Shown here in pieces: positions 1 to 13,720 of a stretch of DNA of 64,000 nt. A model generated the notes under the pieces. The model was not told the origin of the DNA and made no database searches. It saw only the letters and a program-made list of their open reading frames with translations. A program made the position numbers and the translations under genes. The stretch comes from Burkholderiales bacterium. Lineage in GTDB: Bacteria > Pseudomonadota > Gammaproteobacteria > Burkholderiales > SG8-39. The stretch lies in NCBI GenBank assembly GCA_014860355.1, contig JACZJV010000131.1, positions 1,203 through 65,202 on the forward strand, given 5' to 3'. Position 1 is the first letter of the stretch, and each line of letters begins with the position of its first letter.

Positions 1-2
1 AC

Positions 3-452
3 ATGACCGTGAGCGAATCGCTGGAGCGCGTGCGCCGCGCCGACGAATCGCTCATCGCCGATCCCTATGTCATCGACCGCAACCAGCGCCTGCTCGGCTA
101 CGTCGAACTCGCCGACCTGCTGCGCGCAAACAGCGCGGCTACTCTGGCGCGGCTGGTGCGGCCTAGCCCGCACCGCTTGCCGGCGCAGGCGCTGCTCGCG
201 GGCTTGCCCGAGCATCCGGCCTGGCATGAGGCGTCCACATTGCCCGTCGTCGAGCGCGGCGGGCGCCTGGTCGGCGCGCTTACGCACGCGGCCTTGCAGC
301 GCGCGCTTTCGCTGGAGCGCCGCGCGCCGGCCGCACGCGGCGCGCAGGACTCGCTCGCCGGCATCGCCGGCGCCTACTGGTTCGGCGTCTCCGCGCTGAT
401 CCAGGCGCTGGTCGGCCTGCTTCCGGTCGAGCGCAGCCGGAGGGATGCATGA
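3..452 (+). CDS. CBS-pair domain protein (resembles the cytosolic part of MgtE), probably 5'-truncated by the window edge
   Basis: The ORF is open from the window edge. It has two CBS-like repeats (YVIDRNQRLLGYVELADLL and LPVVERGGRLVGALTHAALQ) followed by one hydrophobic C-terminal helix. Its stop overlaps the mgtE start (ATGA at 449-452). Confidence 0.6.
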   Translation: MTVSESLERVRRADESLIADPYVIDRNQRLLGYVELADLLRANSAATLARLVRPSPHRLPAQALLAGLPEHPAWHEASTLPVVERGGRLVGALTHAALQRALSLERRAPAARGAQDSLAGIAGAYWFGVSALIQALVGLLPVERSRRDA

Positions 453-1756
453 GCGCGGACACCGCGGCCGCGGTCGCCGCCCTCAATCTGCGTTTCCTGC
501 TCGATTACCCGCGCGAGGCCGCGCGGCGCATCGAGGCGATGCCGGCGCGCGAAGTGAGCGCATTGCTCGCCGCCCAGCCGGTGCACGCGGTGGTCCCGGT
601 CTGGAACAGCCTCGCCACCGACGTGGAACAGGCGGTGTTCACCGAATTGCCGCAGCAGCGGGCGGCGGAGCTGCTGGCGCAGCTCGAGCCCGCGCGCAGC
701 GCGGCGCTGCTCAACCGCCTCGGGGAAGAAGAGCGCGAGCGCTACAAGCAGTTGCTCAGCGCGCAGGTGGCGGCCGAAATCCGCGCGCTGATGCAGTATC
801 GGCCCGACTCCGCCGGACAGTTGATGGACCCGCGCGTGCTCGCGTTTCGCGGCGAGCTGACGGCGCAAGAGGCGCTGGCGCGCCTGCGGCTGACCAAGCG
901 GCGCGGATTGCGCGAACTGTATCTGGTGGATGATGACGGCCGGCTGGAGGGCCGCGTCGACATCCAGGATCTGGCGCTCGCCGATCCGGATATGACGCTC
1001 GCGCAGATGGCGCGCAAGATCTCCGACGCGGTTCAGGACACGGCTCCACGCGAGGAGGTGGTGGAGAAAATGCAGCATGACGCAGTGACCGACCTGCCGG
1101 TGATCGACTTCGACGGGCGCCTGGTCGGCGCCATACGCCAGGCCAAGCTCGCCAGCGCCGTGCAGCAGGAAACCACGCTGGACATCCAGACCATGGTCGG
1201 TGCCAGCCGCGACGAACGCGCCCTTTCGCCTGCCAGTTTCGCGGTAATCAAGCGCCTGCCGTGGTTGCAGATCAACCTGCTTACCGCTTTTCTCGCGGCC
1301 TCCGTCGTCGGCCTGTTCGAAGGCACGATCGCCAAGTACACCGCTCTCGCGGTGCTGCTGCCGGTGGTCGCCGGGCAGTCGGGGAACGCCGGCGCGCAGG
1401 CGCTGGCGGTGACCATGCGCGGACTGGTGCTGCGCGAAATCAGCCTGCGCCACTGGCCGCGCGTGGTGTTGAAGGAAGTCAACACCGGCCTGATGAACGG
1501 CTGCGCCGTCGCGGCCACCACAGCGCTGGGCGTGTACGTATGGAGCGGGTCGCTGGGCCTGGTGATGGTGATCGCGGCTGCGATGGTGATCTCGATGGTC
1601 GCGGCGGGCTTTGCCGGTGCGCTGGTTCCGATCATGCTGCAGCGCTTCGGCCAGGACCCGGCGCAGTCCTCGTCCATCATCCTCACCACCGTCACCGACG
1701 TCGTCGGCTTCTTCTCCTTTCTCGGTATTGCGACGCTGTTTTCGGCGCTGCTCTGA
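449..1756 (+). CDS. mgtE: Magnesium transporter MgtE
   Basis: 435-aa ORF with an MgtE N-domain, a CBS pair and a C-terminal 5-TM domain. MgtE-type motifs are present (LPVVAGQSGNAGAQAL, ILTTVTDVVGFFSFLG). Confidence 0.9.
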   Translation: MSADTAAAVAALNLRFLLDYPREAARRIEAMPAREVSALLAAQPVHAVVPVWNSLATDVEQAVFTELPQQRAAELLAQLEPARSAALLNRLGEEERERYKQLLSAQVAAEIRALMQYRPDSAGQLMDPRVLAFRGELTAQEALARLRLTKRRGLRELYLVDDDGRLEGRVDIQDLALADPDMTLAQMARKISDAVQDTAPREEVVEKMQHDAVTDLPVIDFDGRLVGAIRQAKLASAVQQETTLDIQTMVGASRDERALSPASFAVIKRLPWLQINLLTAFLAASVVGLFEGTIAKYTALAVLLPVVAGQSGNAGAQALAVTMRGLVLREISLRHWPRVVLKEVNTGLMNGCAVAATTALGVYVWSGSLGLVMVIAAAMVISMVAAGFAGALVPIMLQRFGQDPAQSSSIILTTVTDVVGFFSFLGIATLFSALL

Positions 1757-2086
1757 CGGCATGCAAATGTCCGCTGGAGTGTCGGGAAGCAGCGCCCGCC
1801 TGCTTGATCCAAGAAGGATGATGCCGTATTAACCTTTGCTTTGTTGGGGATATAAAGCGGCGCCGGACGCTGCGGGGTTGGCGCAGCGAGTTGATCGTGC
1901 TATTCTCGGAAGCATCAATCTTGGCGACGCTGCGTGTGCGCGAGGCATATGCGGAGGCTCGCAAGCTCCAGGCGGTATCCCACCCGCGACGCCTATGGCG
2001 CGGCGCGAGTTCAGAGTTTCGCAACATCTTGCTCCGATGCGGCCGCTGCGCGGCGACGCGAACGATAAACCGATAGGAGAATCATC

Positions 2087-3991
2087 TTGCTGACCGAACA
2101 CGACATCTATTTATTCAGGGAAGGCACCCACGCGCGCCTGTACGAAAAGTTCGGCTGCCACCTGGGTGTGCGCGAGGGCGTCGCCGGGGCGCATTTTTCC
2201 GTGTGGGCGCCCAATGCGCAGAGCGTCTCGGCCATCGGGGACTGGAACGGCTGGAACCAGGACGCGCACCCGCTCAGCGTGCGCGGGGACGGATCCGGGA
2301 TCTGGGAAGGGTTCGTGCCCGGTGTCGCGCACGGACAGGCGTACAAATACTTCATCGATTCGCGCTTCGGCGGCTACCAGGTGGACAAGGCCGACCCGTT
2401 CGCATTCTTTTCCGAAGCGCCGCCGCGGACCGGCTCGCGCGCGTGGAAGCTGGCTTACGACTGGGGCGACCAGGAGTGGATGGCGTCGCGCCGGGCGGCC
2501 AACGCGCTCGATGCGCCGATGTCGATCTACGAAATGCACCTGGGCTCGTGGCGGCGCGTGCCCGAGGACGGCAACCGCTCCCTGGGCTACCGCGAGATCG
2601 CGCAGCCGCTGGCCGAGTACGTGCGCGAGATGGGGTTTACCCATGTGGAGCTGATGCCGGTCACCGAACACCCGTTTTACGGCTCCTGGGGCTACCAGAC
2701 CACGGGCTACTACGCGCCGACCGCGCGCTATGGCAGCCCGGAGGATTTCATGTTTCTCGTCGATACCCTGCACCAGCACGGCATCGGCGTCATCCTCGAC
2801 TGGGTGCCATCGCATTTCCCCAGCGACGAACACGGACTGGGCTATTTCGACGGCACCGCGCTCTATGAGCATGCCGACCCGAAGCAGGGATTCCACCCGG
2901 AATGGAAAAGCGCCATATTCAATTACGGCCGCAACGAAGTGCGCGGTTTTCTCGTATCGAGCGCGCTGTACTGGCTCGAGCGCTATCACGTGGACGGGCT
3001 GCGCGTGGACGGCGTCGCCTCCATGCTCTATCTGGACTACGGGCGCAAGGAAGGCGAGTGGGTGCCGAACCGCTACGGCGGCAGGGAGAACATCGAGGCG
3101 GTCGAATTCCTGCGCCTGATGAACCAGGCGGTGTATCGCGACCATCCCGATGTGCAGACCATGGCCGAGGAGTCGACCTCCTGGCCGATGGTGTCGCGGC
3201 CGGTGTACCTGGGCGGACTCGGCTTCGGCATCAAATGGAACATGGGCTGGATGCACGACACGCTCAAGTACATGAGCCAGGACCCGGTCCACCGCAAGTT
3301 TCACCATGACCAGCTCACGTTCTCGATCTGGTACGCTTTTTTCGAGAACTTCGTGCTGCCCTTGTCGCATGACGAAGTCGTCTACGGCAAGGGATCGCTG
3401 ATCGGCAAGATGCCGGGCGATTCCTGGCGCCAGTTCGCGAATCTGCGCCTGCTCTTCGGCTATATGTGGGGGCACCCGGGCAAGAAACTGCTGTTCATGG
3501 GCGGCGAATTCGGCCAGCGGCGCGAATGGGCGCACGAGGGCAGCCTGGAATGGCACGTGCTGCAGTATCCCGAGCACGAGGGATTGCGCCGCTGGGTGGC
3601 CGACCTCAACCGGCTCTACCGCTCCGAGCCGGCGCTGTATCAGGTCGACTTCGATCAATCCGGTTTCGAATGGGTGGACTGCAACGACAGCGAACAGAGC
3701 GTGCTCAGCTTCCTGCGCCGGCCGCGAGGCGGCGGCGCGCCGGTGCTGGTGATGTGCAATTTCACGCCGGTGCCGCGCACGAACTACATCGTCGGCGTGC
3801 CGCAGGGCGGCTACTGGCGCGAAATCGCCAACAGCGATGCCACGCTCTATGGCGGCAGCGGCATGGGAAATCTCGGCGGCGTCGAGGCGGCGCCGGTCGC
3901 GGCGCACGGGCGCTTTCATTCGCTCGCCCTCACCCTGCCGCCGCTGGCGGTGTTGATGTTCACCTGCGATCGGGCGGCGGAACATGGCTAA
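2087..3991 (+). CDS. glgB: 1,4-alpha-glucan branching enzyme (short form)
   Basis: 634 aa with GH13 branching-enzyme motifs ([40 protein letters not shown]). TTG start at 2087 lies 6 nt after AGGAGA (2075-2080). Confidence 0.92.
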   Translation: MLTEHDIYLFREGTHARLYEKFGCHLGVREGVAGAHFSVWAPNAQSVSAIGDWNGWNQDAHPLSVRGDGSGIWEGFVPGVAHGQAYKYFIDSRFGGYQVDKADPFAFFSEAPPRTGSRAWKLAYDWGDQEWMASRRAANALDAPMSIYEMHLGSWRRVPEDGNRSLGYREIAQPLAEYVREMGFTHVELMPVTEHPFYGSWGYQTTGYYAPTARYGSPEDFMFLVDTLHQHGIGVILDWVPSHFPSDEHGLGYFDGTALYEHADPKQGFHPEWKSAIFNYGRNEVRGFLVSSALYWLERYHVDGLRVDGVASMLYLDYGRKEGEWVPNRYGGRENIEAVEFLRLMNQAVYRDHPDVQTMAEESTSWPMVSRPVYLGGLGFGIKWNMGWMHDTLKYMSQDPVHRKFHHDQLTFSIWYAFFENFVLPLSHDEVVYGKGSLIGKMPGDSWRQFANLRLLFGYMWGHPGKKLLFMGGEFGQRREWAHEGSLEWHVLQYPEHEGLRRWVADLNRLYRSEPALYQVDFDQSGFEWVDCNDSEQSVLSFLRRPRGGGAPVLVMCNFTPVPRTNYIVGVPQGGYWREIANSDATLYGGSGMGNLGGVEAAPVAAHGRFHSLALTLPPLAVLMFTCDRAAEHG

Positions 3992-5987
3992 GCCCGGAAT
4001 CCAGCTGAACGACGGGCGCATGCGTGCGGTGATCGAACGCGTCACGCCGTCCGTGGACGGGGGGCGTTTCGCTGCCAAGCGCATCGCAGGCGACGAGGTC
4101 GTGGTCGAAGCCGACTGCTTCACCGACGGCCACGATACGCTCGCCTGCCTGCTGCTGTGGCGGCGCGAAGGCGAGACCTCGTGGAACGAAACGCCGATGG
4201 CGCCCTTGGGCAACGATCGCTGGCGCGGCGGCTTCGTCGCGGCAACCGTCGGCCGCTACCAGTACACGGTCACGGCCTGGGTGGACCATTTTCTGTCCTG
4301 GCGCCACGATTTTGCGCGCCGCCTCGAGGCCGAGGACCTGCGCGTTGCCGCGCTGGTCGGCGCCGGGCTGGTCGAAGACGCCGCGCAGCGCGCGAAGGGC
4401 GCGGCGCGCACGCGGCTGAAGGGCTGGGCGTCGGACCTGCGCGCCGTTTCCGAGGCGCAGGCGCTCAAGGCGCTGGGCCTGGACGAAGAGCTTGCCGCGC
4501 TTGCCGCCCGCTACCCTGACCGGCGTCTGGCCAGCACCTGCCCGGTCGAGCATCCGCTGACAGTGGACCGCGAGCGCGCGCGCTTTTCCAGTTGGTACGA
4601 GCTGTTTCCGCGCTCGGCGTCGAGCGAACCGGGGCGGCACGGCACGCTGCGCGATTGCGAGGCGCGCCTGCCAGCGATCGCAAAAATGGGGTTCGACGTG
4701 CTCTACCTGCCGCCGATCCATCCGATCGGGCGCGTCAACCGCAAGGGCGCGAATAACGCCGTCGCCGCGCAGCCCGGCGAGCCCGGTAGCCCCTGGGCCA
4801 TAGGTTCGGCCGAAGGCGGGCACAAGGCCTTGCATCCCGAGCTCGGAACCATCGAGGATTTCAGGCGCCTGGTCGCGGCCGCGCGCACGCACGGCATGGA
4901 ACTCGCGCTGGACATCGCGTTTCAATGCGCGCCGGATCACCCCTATGTCACGGAACATCCGAAATGGTTTCGCTGGCGCCCCGACGGCACGGTGCAGTAC
5001 GCCGAGAACCCGCCGAAGAAATACCAGGACATCTTTCCGTTCGAATTCGAATCCGAGGACTGGTCGGGCCTGTGGCAGGAACTCGCCGGCGTGTTCCGCT
5101 TCTGGGCGGGCGAGGGCGTGCGCATCTTCCGTGTGGACAATCCGCACACCAAGCCCTTCGCGTTCTGGGAATGGGCGATCGGGGAATTGAAGCGCGAGTA
5201 CCCGGATGCGATTTTCCTCGCCGAGGCGTTCACCCGGCCCAGGGTGATGCACCGGCTCGCCAAGCTGGGATTCACCCAGTCCTACACCTACTTCGCGTGG
5301 CGCAACTCCAAACACGAGCTCATCGAATACTTCACCGAACTCACGCAGGGCCCCGGGCGCGAATACTTCAGGCCCAATGTCTGGCCCAACACGCCGGACA
5401 TCCTGACCGAGTACCTGCAGTTCGGCGGGCGGCCCGCCTTCATCGTGCGCCTGATCCTGGCGGCCACGCTGGGCGCCAACTACGGCATCTACGGACCGGC
5501 GTTCGAGCTGCTCGAGGCCGAGCCGCGCGATCCGGGCAGCGAGGAATACCGCGACAGCGAAAAATACCAGATCCGGCAGTGGGACCTGCAGGCGCAGCAC
5601 AGCCTCGCCGAGCTGATCGCGCGCGTCAACCTCGCCCGCCGCGACAACCCCGCGCTGCAGTCCGACGATTCGCTGCTTTTCTTTCCGGTCGATAACGACA
5701 GCCTGCTGTGCTACGCCAAGTCCGACATCGCGACCGAGAATCTGGTGGTGACCGTGGTCAACCTCGATCCGCACCACGTGCAGTCGGGCTGGGTGGAGCT
5801 CGACCTGGACGCGCTCGGCATCGACGCGCACCTGCCCTATCAGATGCACGACCTGCTCTCGGGCGCGCGCTTTCTGTGGAACGGCGCGCGCAATTTCGTC
5901 CAGCTCGACCCGCAACGCGCGCCGGCGCATGTGTTCGCGCTGCGGCGCAAGGTGCGCACCGAACGCAATTTCGACTATTTCCTGTAA
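3984..5987 (+). CDS. glgE: Alpha-1,4-glucan:maltose-1-phosphate maltosyltransferase
   Basis: 667 aa. The GlgE-type N-terminus ([15 protein letters not shown]) and GH13 core ([33 protein letters not shown]) are present. The ATG overlaps the glgB stop by 8 nt. Confidence 0.9.
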   Translation: MAKPGIQLNDGRMRAVIERVTPSVDGGRFAAKRIAGDEVVVEADCFTDGHDTLACLLLWRREGETSWNETPMAPLGNDRWRGGFVAATVGRYQYTVTAWVDHFLSWRHDFARRLEAEDLRVAALVGAGLVEDAAQRAKGAARTRLKGWASDLRAVSEAQALKALGLDEELAALAARYPDRRLASTCPVEHPLTVDRERARFSSWYELFPRSASSEPGRHGTLRDCEARLPAIAKMGFDVLYLPPIHPIGRVNRKGANNAVAAQPGEPGSPWAIGSAEGGHKALHPELGTIEDFRRLVAAARTHGMELALDIAFQCAPDHPYVTEHPKWFRWRPDGTVQYAENPPKKYQDIFPFEFESEDWSGLWQELAGVFRFWAGEGVRIFRVDNPHTKPFAFWEWAIGELKREYPDAIFLAEAFTRPRVMHRLAKLGFTQSYTYFAWRNSKHELIEYFTELTQGPGREYFRPNVWPNTPDILTEYLQFGGRPAFIVRLILAATLGANYGIYGPAFELLEAEPRDPGSEEYRDSEKYQIRQWDLQAQHSLAELIARVNLARRDNPALQSDDSLLFFPVDNDSLLCYAKSDIATENLVVTVVNLDPHHVQSGWVELDLDALGIDAHLPYQMHDLLSGARFLWNGARNFVQLDPQRAPAHVFALRRKVRTERNFDYFL

Positions 5988-6004
5988 GCCATCCGGAACT
6001 CGCA

Positions 6005-9388
<3,384 letters not shown>

Positions 9389-9389
9389 T

Positions 9390-10073
9390 ATGGAAAAGGT
9401 CGATATCATGCTCGAGCCCGTGCGGGCATTTTTGGTGCAGATTGGCGGGTTCCTGCCCAAGCTCGCGCTCGCGTTCGGGGTGCTGATCGCGGGCTGGCTG
9501 CTGGCCAAGTTCGCGCGGTTCGCGATCGACAAGGCATTGCGCGCGATCAATTTCAATGTGCTCACCGAGCGCGCGGGCCTGGACGGTTTCCTGCGCCAGG
9601 GCGGCATCGAAACCGACACCACCGGAATCCTGGGCCTGCTCGTCTACTGGCTGGTCATCCTTGCCGCCCTGATCATCGGCTTCAACAGCATGGGGCTCAC
9701 CTACATCACCGGGCTGCTGGGCGAGGTCGTCCTGTTCGTGCCCAAGATCGTTGCGGCCCTGCTGATCCTCGCCTTCGGCGCGTATTTCGCCCGTTTCGTC
9801 GGCAACGCGGTGATCACTTATTGCAGGAACATCAGCATCCAGGACGCCGACGTGCTGGGCAAGCTCGCGCAGTACGGCATCATGACCTTCGTCGTGCTGA
9901 TCGCGCTGGACCAGGTCAACGTGGGCGGGGATATCGTCCGGCAGAGCTTCCTTATCATTCTTGCCGGTGTGGTGTTTGCGCTGGCGCTCGCCTTCGGGCT
10001 GGGCGGCAAGGACGCTGCGGCGGAGCTGATCGACCGCTGGTGGCCGCGAGACAAGAAGAACGACAGCGACTAG
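9390..10073 (+). CDS. Small multi-pass membrane protein with repeated 'conserved TM helix' motif (MscS-related family)
   Basis: 227 aa. There is an internal repeat, FLPKLALAFGVLIAGWLLAKFARF versus FVPKIVAALLILAFGAYFARF, plus a third hydrophobic module. The ATG is 2 nt after the treS stop, and AGGAGG lies inside the treS 3' end. Confidence 0.7.
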   Translation: MEKVDIMLEPVRAFLVQIGGFLPKLALAFGVLIAGWLLAKFARFAIDKALRAINFNVLTERAGLDGFLRQGGIETDTTGILGLLVYWLVILAALIIGFNSMGLTYITGLLGEVVLFVPKIVAALLILAFGAYFARFVGNAVITYCRNISIQDADVLGKLAQYGIMTFVVLIALDQVNVGGDIVRQSFLIILAGVVFALALAFGLGGKDAAAELIDRWWPRDKKNDSD

Positions 10074-10108
10074 GCGGCGCGCGCGCGTGGGAAGGAGTGT
10101 TGTTTGCA

Positions 10109-10143
10109 GCGCCTCGAAATCGAGCCCGCGGCGCTCGAGGCGC
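10109..10143. terminator. GC-rich hairpin between convergent genes (possible bidirectional terminator)
   Basis: GCGCCTCGA (10109-10117) pairs perfectly with TCGAGGCGC (10135-10143) across a 17-nt loop. There is no clear U-tract. Confidence 0.3.
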
Positions 10144-10173
10144 CGGCCGGACTGCCTTGCCAAATATCGCTGC

Positions 10174-11253
10174 TCAATGAAACAGCGTCAGCACGCCGGT
10201 GTAGCCGTAGAGCCGGTCGTGGGAAATCTCGCCGTTGCAGAAGAATCCAACCAGCGGCAGCTCGCCCAAGGCCTCGCTCACCAGGGCGAGCTCGGCGCCG
10301 CGGCTGCCGAACATGTGCTCGCCGCGACCCACGCAGGAGAAGTACAGTGCCCCGCGCGCCTGGGCCGGCGCCTCCTCGCGCAGTTCGGCGAGGATGCGCC
10401 GCAGGTCGCGGCGCGCGCTCTCGGGGTCGCGTTTGCAGAACATGAGCTCGGCGCCCGGCTCGACCATGTCGCCGATCGCGATCAGGCCCTTGCCCGGGTC
10501 GAAGCCGACCAGGTTGCGGACCAGATAGTCGCCGCGGTCGGACCCCGCCACGGGCAGGCCGACGTGGATGAAGTGCGCGGCCCGGTGCAGGTCGCGCGCG
10601 AGCACCTCGCCGATCGCCTCGTTCATGACCGCCAGCGCCGGCCGGCCGTCCAGGGTGCTGATGACGTTCGATTCGCAAGCGGTCACGCGATATCTTCCGG
10701 GCAGCGGGGCGCAACCCTGGGTGAGACGCGTGCTGACGCCGACCGAGGAAGCGAGCACGGCACCGGAAAGCCCGCCTGAAATCACCTCGTTGGCGACCTG
10801 CACGGCGCGCGAGCGCGAACTGGAAATCCCGCCGACCAGGAATCCGCTCGCCACTTTGGAGGACATGTCCGCGATCAGCTCGGCGACGTCCGGCGTACCC
10901 GGGTCGGCGTGGATCACGCCGAAATGCGCCGGCGCATCGCCGGCGAGCCGCGCGCGCCCGGAGAAAACCTGGTACTGGTCCGCGGACAGTTCGGCCACCA
11001 TCGCGGCGAGCGCCGGCTCGCCCAGGTATTCCGTCCCGCTGGCGATGATCCCGATGCCGACCGTGCCGACCCAGTCGGCGACGCCGGTCTGCTCGCGCAG
11101 CGATTCGACTATCGGGGCGGCGTAGGGGACCAGCGCGTCGGTGAAATAGACGAAGCCCAGCCCGCCGCCGGGGCGCCCGAGGCGCCCGGCGCATTGCGCG
11201 ACGCACTCGCGCCAGTTGTTGCCGCTTGCATGGGCGGCGCGAAACGCAGTCAT
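10174..11253 (-). CDS. FIST (N+C) domain sensory protein, stand-alone
   Basis: 359 aa. The layout and C-terminal ending (LPLVGFFCNGEISHDRLYGYTGVLTLF) are typical of FIST_C. No output domain is fused. Confidence 0.75.
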   Translation of the reverse strand: MTAFRAAHASGNNWRECVAQCAGRLGRPGGGLGFVYFTDALVPYAAPIVESLREQTGVADWVGTVGIGIIASGTEYLGEPALAAMVAELSADQYQVFSGRARLAGDAPAHFGVIHADPGTPDVAELIADMSSKVASGFLVGGISSSRSRAVQVANEVISGGLSGAVLASSVGVSTRLTQGCAPLPGRYRVTACESNVISTLDGRPALAVMNEAIGEVLARDLHRAAHFIHVGLPVAGSDRGDYLVRNLVGFDPGKGLIAIGDMVEPGAELMFCKRDPESARRDLRRILAELREEAPAQARGALYFSCVGRGEHMFGSRGAELALVSEALGELPLVGFFCNGEISHDRLYGYTGVLTLFH

Positions 11254-11452
11254 AAGGTCTGCTCGATGCCGTTCATGATGCTCTGATGATGAGGTCCGGT
11301 ATGCTCAGGGTACCGTTAATCCGCTGGCCGCTCAACAGCGAGCTACCTTCAGGCTCATACCATGTCGGAATAGACTCCAATTCAGAATTACCGAAATGGC
11401 CCCCAAGGCAGGGGAGCACGAGGGGTTGCATCCCTTCATTGTTAGTCGAGCC

Positions 11453-11866
11453 CTAAGTCGACCAGTTCAGATAGAGCATCTCGCTCGTCGCGGGATCGAC
11501 TTCGACTTGGCGCACGATCACGCGTCCGTCATAGCGCGCTTTGACGCGGTACTGGCCTTTGGGCAGACGCATGAGCACTATCGGTCCCGCGGAATTTGCG
11601 TGCAACACCGGCATGCCGTCGTGCGCCTGGACGAGGAGATCGACGCCGGTGATGAAGTTCCCGATCTTCGAACGCGATAGCACCAGTGCCAGCGGATAGT
11701 CTGAGGCGGCGCGGCGCATCGCGTCCGCTTCGGTTTTGCCGATGCCGCCGGTGATGTAGCTTGCTTTTCCAGATCGAACTGCCGGCGGCAAGTCGCCACC
11801 AAAGGCAAGCCCCGATAGTGAAAGTGTCAGGATGGATGCGAGCGCCGCGAACATGAGTCGCTTCAT
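11453..11866 (-). CDS. Exported hypothetical protein (signal peptide, beta-rich)
   Basis: 137 aa with signal peptide MKRLMFAALASILTLSLSGLAFG. AGGAG lies upstream of the ATG. No family was recognised. Confidence 0.6.
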   Translation of the reverse strand: MKRLMFAALASILTLSLSGLAFGGDLPPAVRSGKASYITGGIGKTEADAMRRAASDYPLALVLSRSKIGNFITGVDLLVQAHDGMPVLHANSAGPIVLMRLPKGQYRVKARYDGRVIVRQVEVDPATSEMLYLNWST

Positions 11867-11929
11867 CTTGGTCTCCTTTTCGGTTGATGGTCAATGACAA
11901 CAAATAGCGCATTCCGCGCCATTAACCGA

Positions 11930-11958
11930 TGCGACCACTGACGCGATGCCGAAGTTCC
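11930..11958 (-). promoter_or_regulatory. Candidate ECF sigma-E-type promoter for 11453-11866
   Basis: The minus strand reads GGAACTT-N17-TCGCA, about 65 nt upstream of the ATG at 11866. Confidence 0.35.
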
Positions 11959-11997
11959 GACGGACTCTGTCACGCGAGCGGCAGCCCGGCGCGGCGT

Positions 11998-12024
11998 GAA
12001 CTTCGCCGCGGGTGCTTTGTCCCA
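11998..12024 (+). promoter_or_regulatory. Candidate ECF sigma-E-type promoter for the rhodanese-like gene
   Basis: The plus strand reads (GT)GAACTT-N16-TCCCA and ends 23 nt before the ATG at 12048. Confidence 0.35.
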
Positions 12025-12047
12025 CTGATATCAGAGGAGTCAAAACC

Positions 12048-12701
12048 ATGGCTTATGCAAGCTTGCTGTATCAACTCTGCTCGCAACTCATCTTTATGGC
12101 CGTGCCCCTAGCCAAGACTTCGGAGGTGCCCGCGGCAGGTGGTGAAACGATAGTCGATATCCTCGCGCGCGCTTCGGAACGAGCACGCAATGCGGCGCTC
12201 GAGTATATCGGGCTGGTGACCCCGCAGGAGGTCGAGCATCTCATGCAGGCGACGCAGGTGAGGCTGATTGATGTGCGTACGCGGCGCGAGCGCGAGCGCG
12301 AAGGTGAATTGGAAGGAAGCATGACGATCGAGTGGGGCAACAGGAGGCTGAACGCCGTCGACGAACGCTTTGTCGACGAACTGACGGGCAGGTTCGGCCG
12401 CGAGGAAATTGTCATATTCGTCTCGCGCCGCGGCAGGCGCTCGCATCGTGCCGCCCGCGCGGCTGCTGCTGCCGGATATGCACATGCACTGAGCGTAATC
12501 GACGGCCTCGAGGCGATGTGCGCCGCAATCGAAACCCCGGGCGAGCATGTCGAGGAACTCCTGGACGAGGCGCTGCGGGAAACCTTTCCTGCCAGCGACC
12601 CTGTCTCGCCGTCAAGGTCACGCGCAAAGCCCGCCGAAAAGCTTAGCGGCGCGGCTCGATCGACCCGGAACAGCGGAGTGAAATGGCGCCGCCGAATCTG
12701 A
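12048..12701 (+). CDS. Rhodanese-like single-domain protein with Ser in place of the catalytic Cys
   Basis: ATG at 12048 follows AGAGGAG with 8-nt spacing. The rhodanese fold is recognisable (RLIDVRTRRERE ... IVIFVSRRGRRSHRAA). The active-site loop reads S-R-R-G-R-R-S where C-x-x-G-x-R-S/T is expected. Confidence 0.65.
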   Translation: MAYASLLYQLCSQLIFMAVPLAKTSEVPAAGGETIVDILARASERARNAALEYIGLVTPQEVEHLMQATQVRLIDVRTRREREREGELEGSMTIEWGNRRLNAVDERFVDELTGRFGREEIVIFVSRRGRRSHRAARAAAAAGYAHALSVIDGLEAMCAAIETPGEHVEELLDEALRETFPASDPVSPSRSRAKPAEKLSGAARSTRNSGVKWRRRI

Positions 12702-12891
12702 AAAAAAGCCCCATAAGGAGACTGGTCATGAGCGAGCACGTATAAGGCACTGGAACTCACTGGCTCATCCGAATTTAGGACCGAATACGGCCGTGTCTTC
12801 GGCCCATGCCTGGCGGCGTCGTAGCGCTCGCTGTCCGTGCTGGTATTCGGATTTGAATCGCGGCGGTCGAGCCACATGTACGGAGGATGAA

Positions 12892-13641
12892 ATGCAACAT
12901 TTGCACAAACTCGCGGACCTGAAGAAATATTCGCTGCTCGCCAGCGACGGCGAGATCGGCAAAATCATCGAAGTGTATTTCGACGACGCGCAGTGGGCGC
13001 TGCGCTATTTTGTCGTGCGCACCGGAGGCTGGCTGCTCGGGCGCGAAGTGCTGATCGCGCCCCGCGCGATTGCCGGTCTGGACGAAGAAGCCGGGCAGCT
13101 CCAGCTCGACCTGACGCGCGAACAGGTGGAGAAAAGCCCGCCGGTGGAGACGCAAGAACCGGTGTCGCGCCACTACGAGACCCTTTATTACCAGTATTAC
13201 AACTGGGATCCCTATTGGATGGCAGGCCCCATGGGCGGCTCGATGTCGGCGGCGCCGCGAACGGTGCTGCGTCCGCAGATCGGTCGCGCGCGGGAACCCG
13301 AGAATCCGCATTTGCGCGCCAGCGGCGAGGTGCACGGCTACCGCCTACAGGCGATCGACGGCGAACTCGGAGAGGTGCACGATCTCATCATCGACGTTCG
13401 CGACTGGAAGGTGCGCTACCTGGTGGCCGATACGCGCAAGTGGCTGCCCGGAAAAAAAGTGCTGCTCGCACCCGCCTGGGTAGAGGGCATCGACTGGGTG
13501 GAGAGGGAAATCACGGCCGACCTCGAACGCGAGACCATACGCAGCGCACCGCCCTATGATCCGTCCCGGGCAATCGGCGCCGACTACGAGGTCCGGCTCC
13601 TCGGACACTACGGCAAGGCGACGCACAAGGAGGAAGTCTGA
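12892..13641 (+). CDS. Tandem PRC-barrel domain protein
   Basis: ATG at 12892 follows GGAGGA. Two PRC-barrel-like modules are present (LLASDGEIGKIIEVYFDDAQWALRYFVV and LQAIDGELGEVHDLIIDVRDWKVRYLVA). Confidence 0.75.
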   Translation: MQHLHKLADLKKYSLLASDGEIGKIIEVYFDDAQWALRYFVVRTGGWLLGREVLIAPRAIAGLDEEAGQLQLDLTREQVEKSPPVETQEPVSRHYETLYYQYYNWDPYWMAGPMGGSMSAAPRTVLRPQIGRAREPENPHLRASGEVHGYRLQAIDGELGEVHDLIIDVRDWKVRYLVADTRKWLPGKKVLLAPAWVEGIDWVEREITADLERETIRSAPPYDPSRAIGADYEVRLLGHYGKATHKEEV

Positions 13642-13720
13642 ACAGGCGCCCGCGATGGCGGACATTGCGTTTTCGACTGGCGCAGCTTGCTGCGTCGATT
13701 CCAACTAAAGGAGTAGCACC

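Noticed and set aside
1757-2086. Small ORFs (1836-2093, 1891-2076) and a possible regulatory RNA in the mgtE-glgB spacer.
   Set aside because: The translations are not protein-like, no convincing ribosome-binding site is present, and I could not find a stable conserved-looking structure by eye.
2111-4213. 700-aa ORF antisense to glgB/glgE. Similar long antisense or alternative-frame ORFs occur at 374-1762, 3960-6041, 6434-8743, 22907-25792, 25809-27251, 27910-29250, 29254-31812, 38136-41129, 46... and 50666-52417.
   Set aside because: Each lies opposite or out of frame to a gene with unmistakable conserved motifs. Their translations are Arg/Ala/Gly/Pro-rich low-complexity strings, typical of stop-poor frames in high-GC DNA.
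5708-6004. Upstream extension of the treS ORF (track start 5708).
   Set aside because: It overlaps the glgE 3' end by ~280 nt and its translation is Arg/Ala-rich nonsense. The conserved TreS sequence begins just after ATG 6005.
12728-12745. Five-codon mini-ORF (MSEHV*) with a strong AAGGAG ribosome-binding site just after the rhodanese-like gene.
   Set aside because: It is too short to evaluate and could be chance. No obvious attenuator structure is linked to it.
12752-12779. GGAACTC upstream of the PRC-barrel gene as another sigma-E-type promoter.
   Set aside because: No TCnnA element lies at 16-17 nt spacing (TTAGG/TAGGA instead), so only the -35 half matches.
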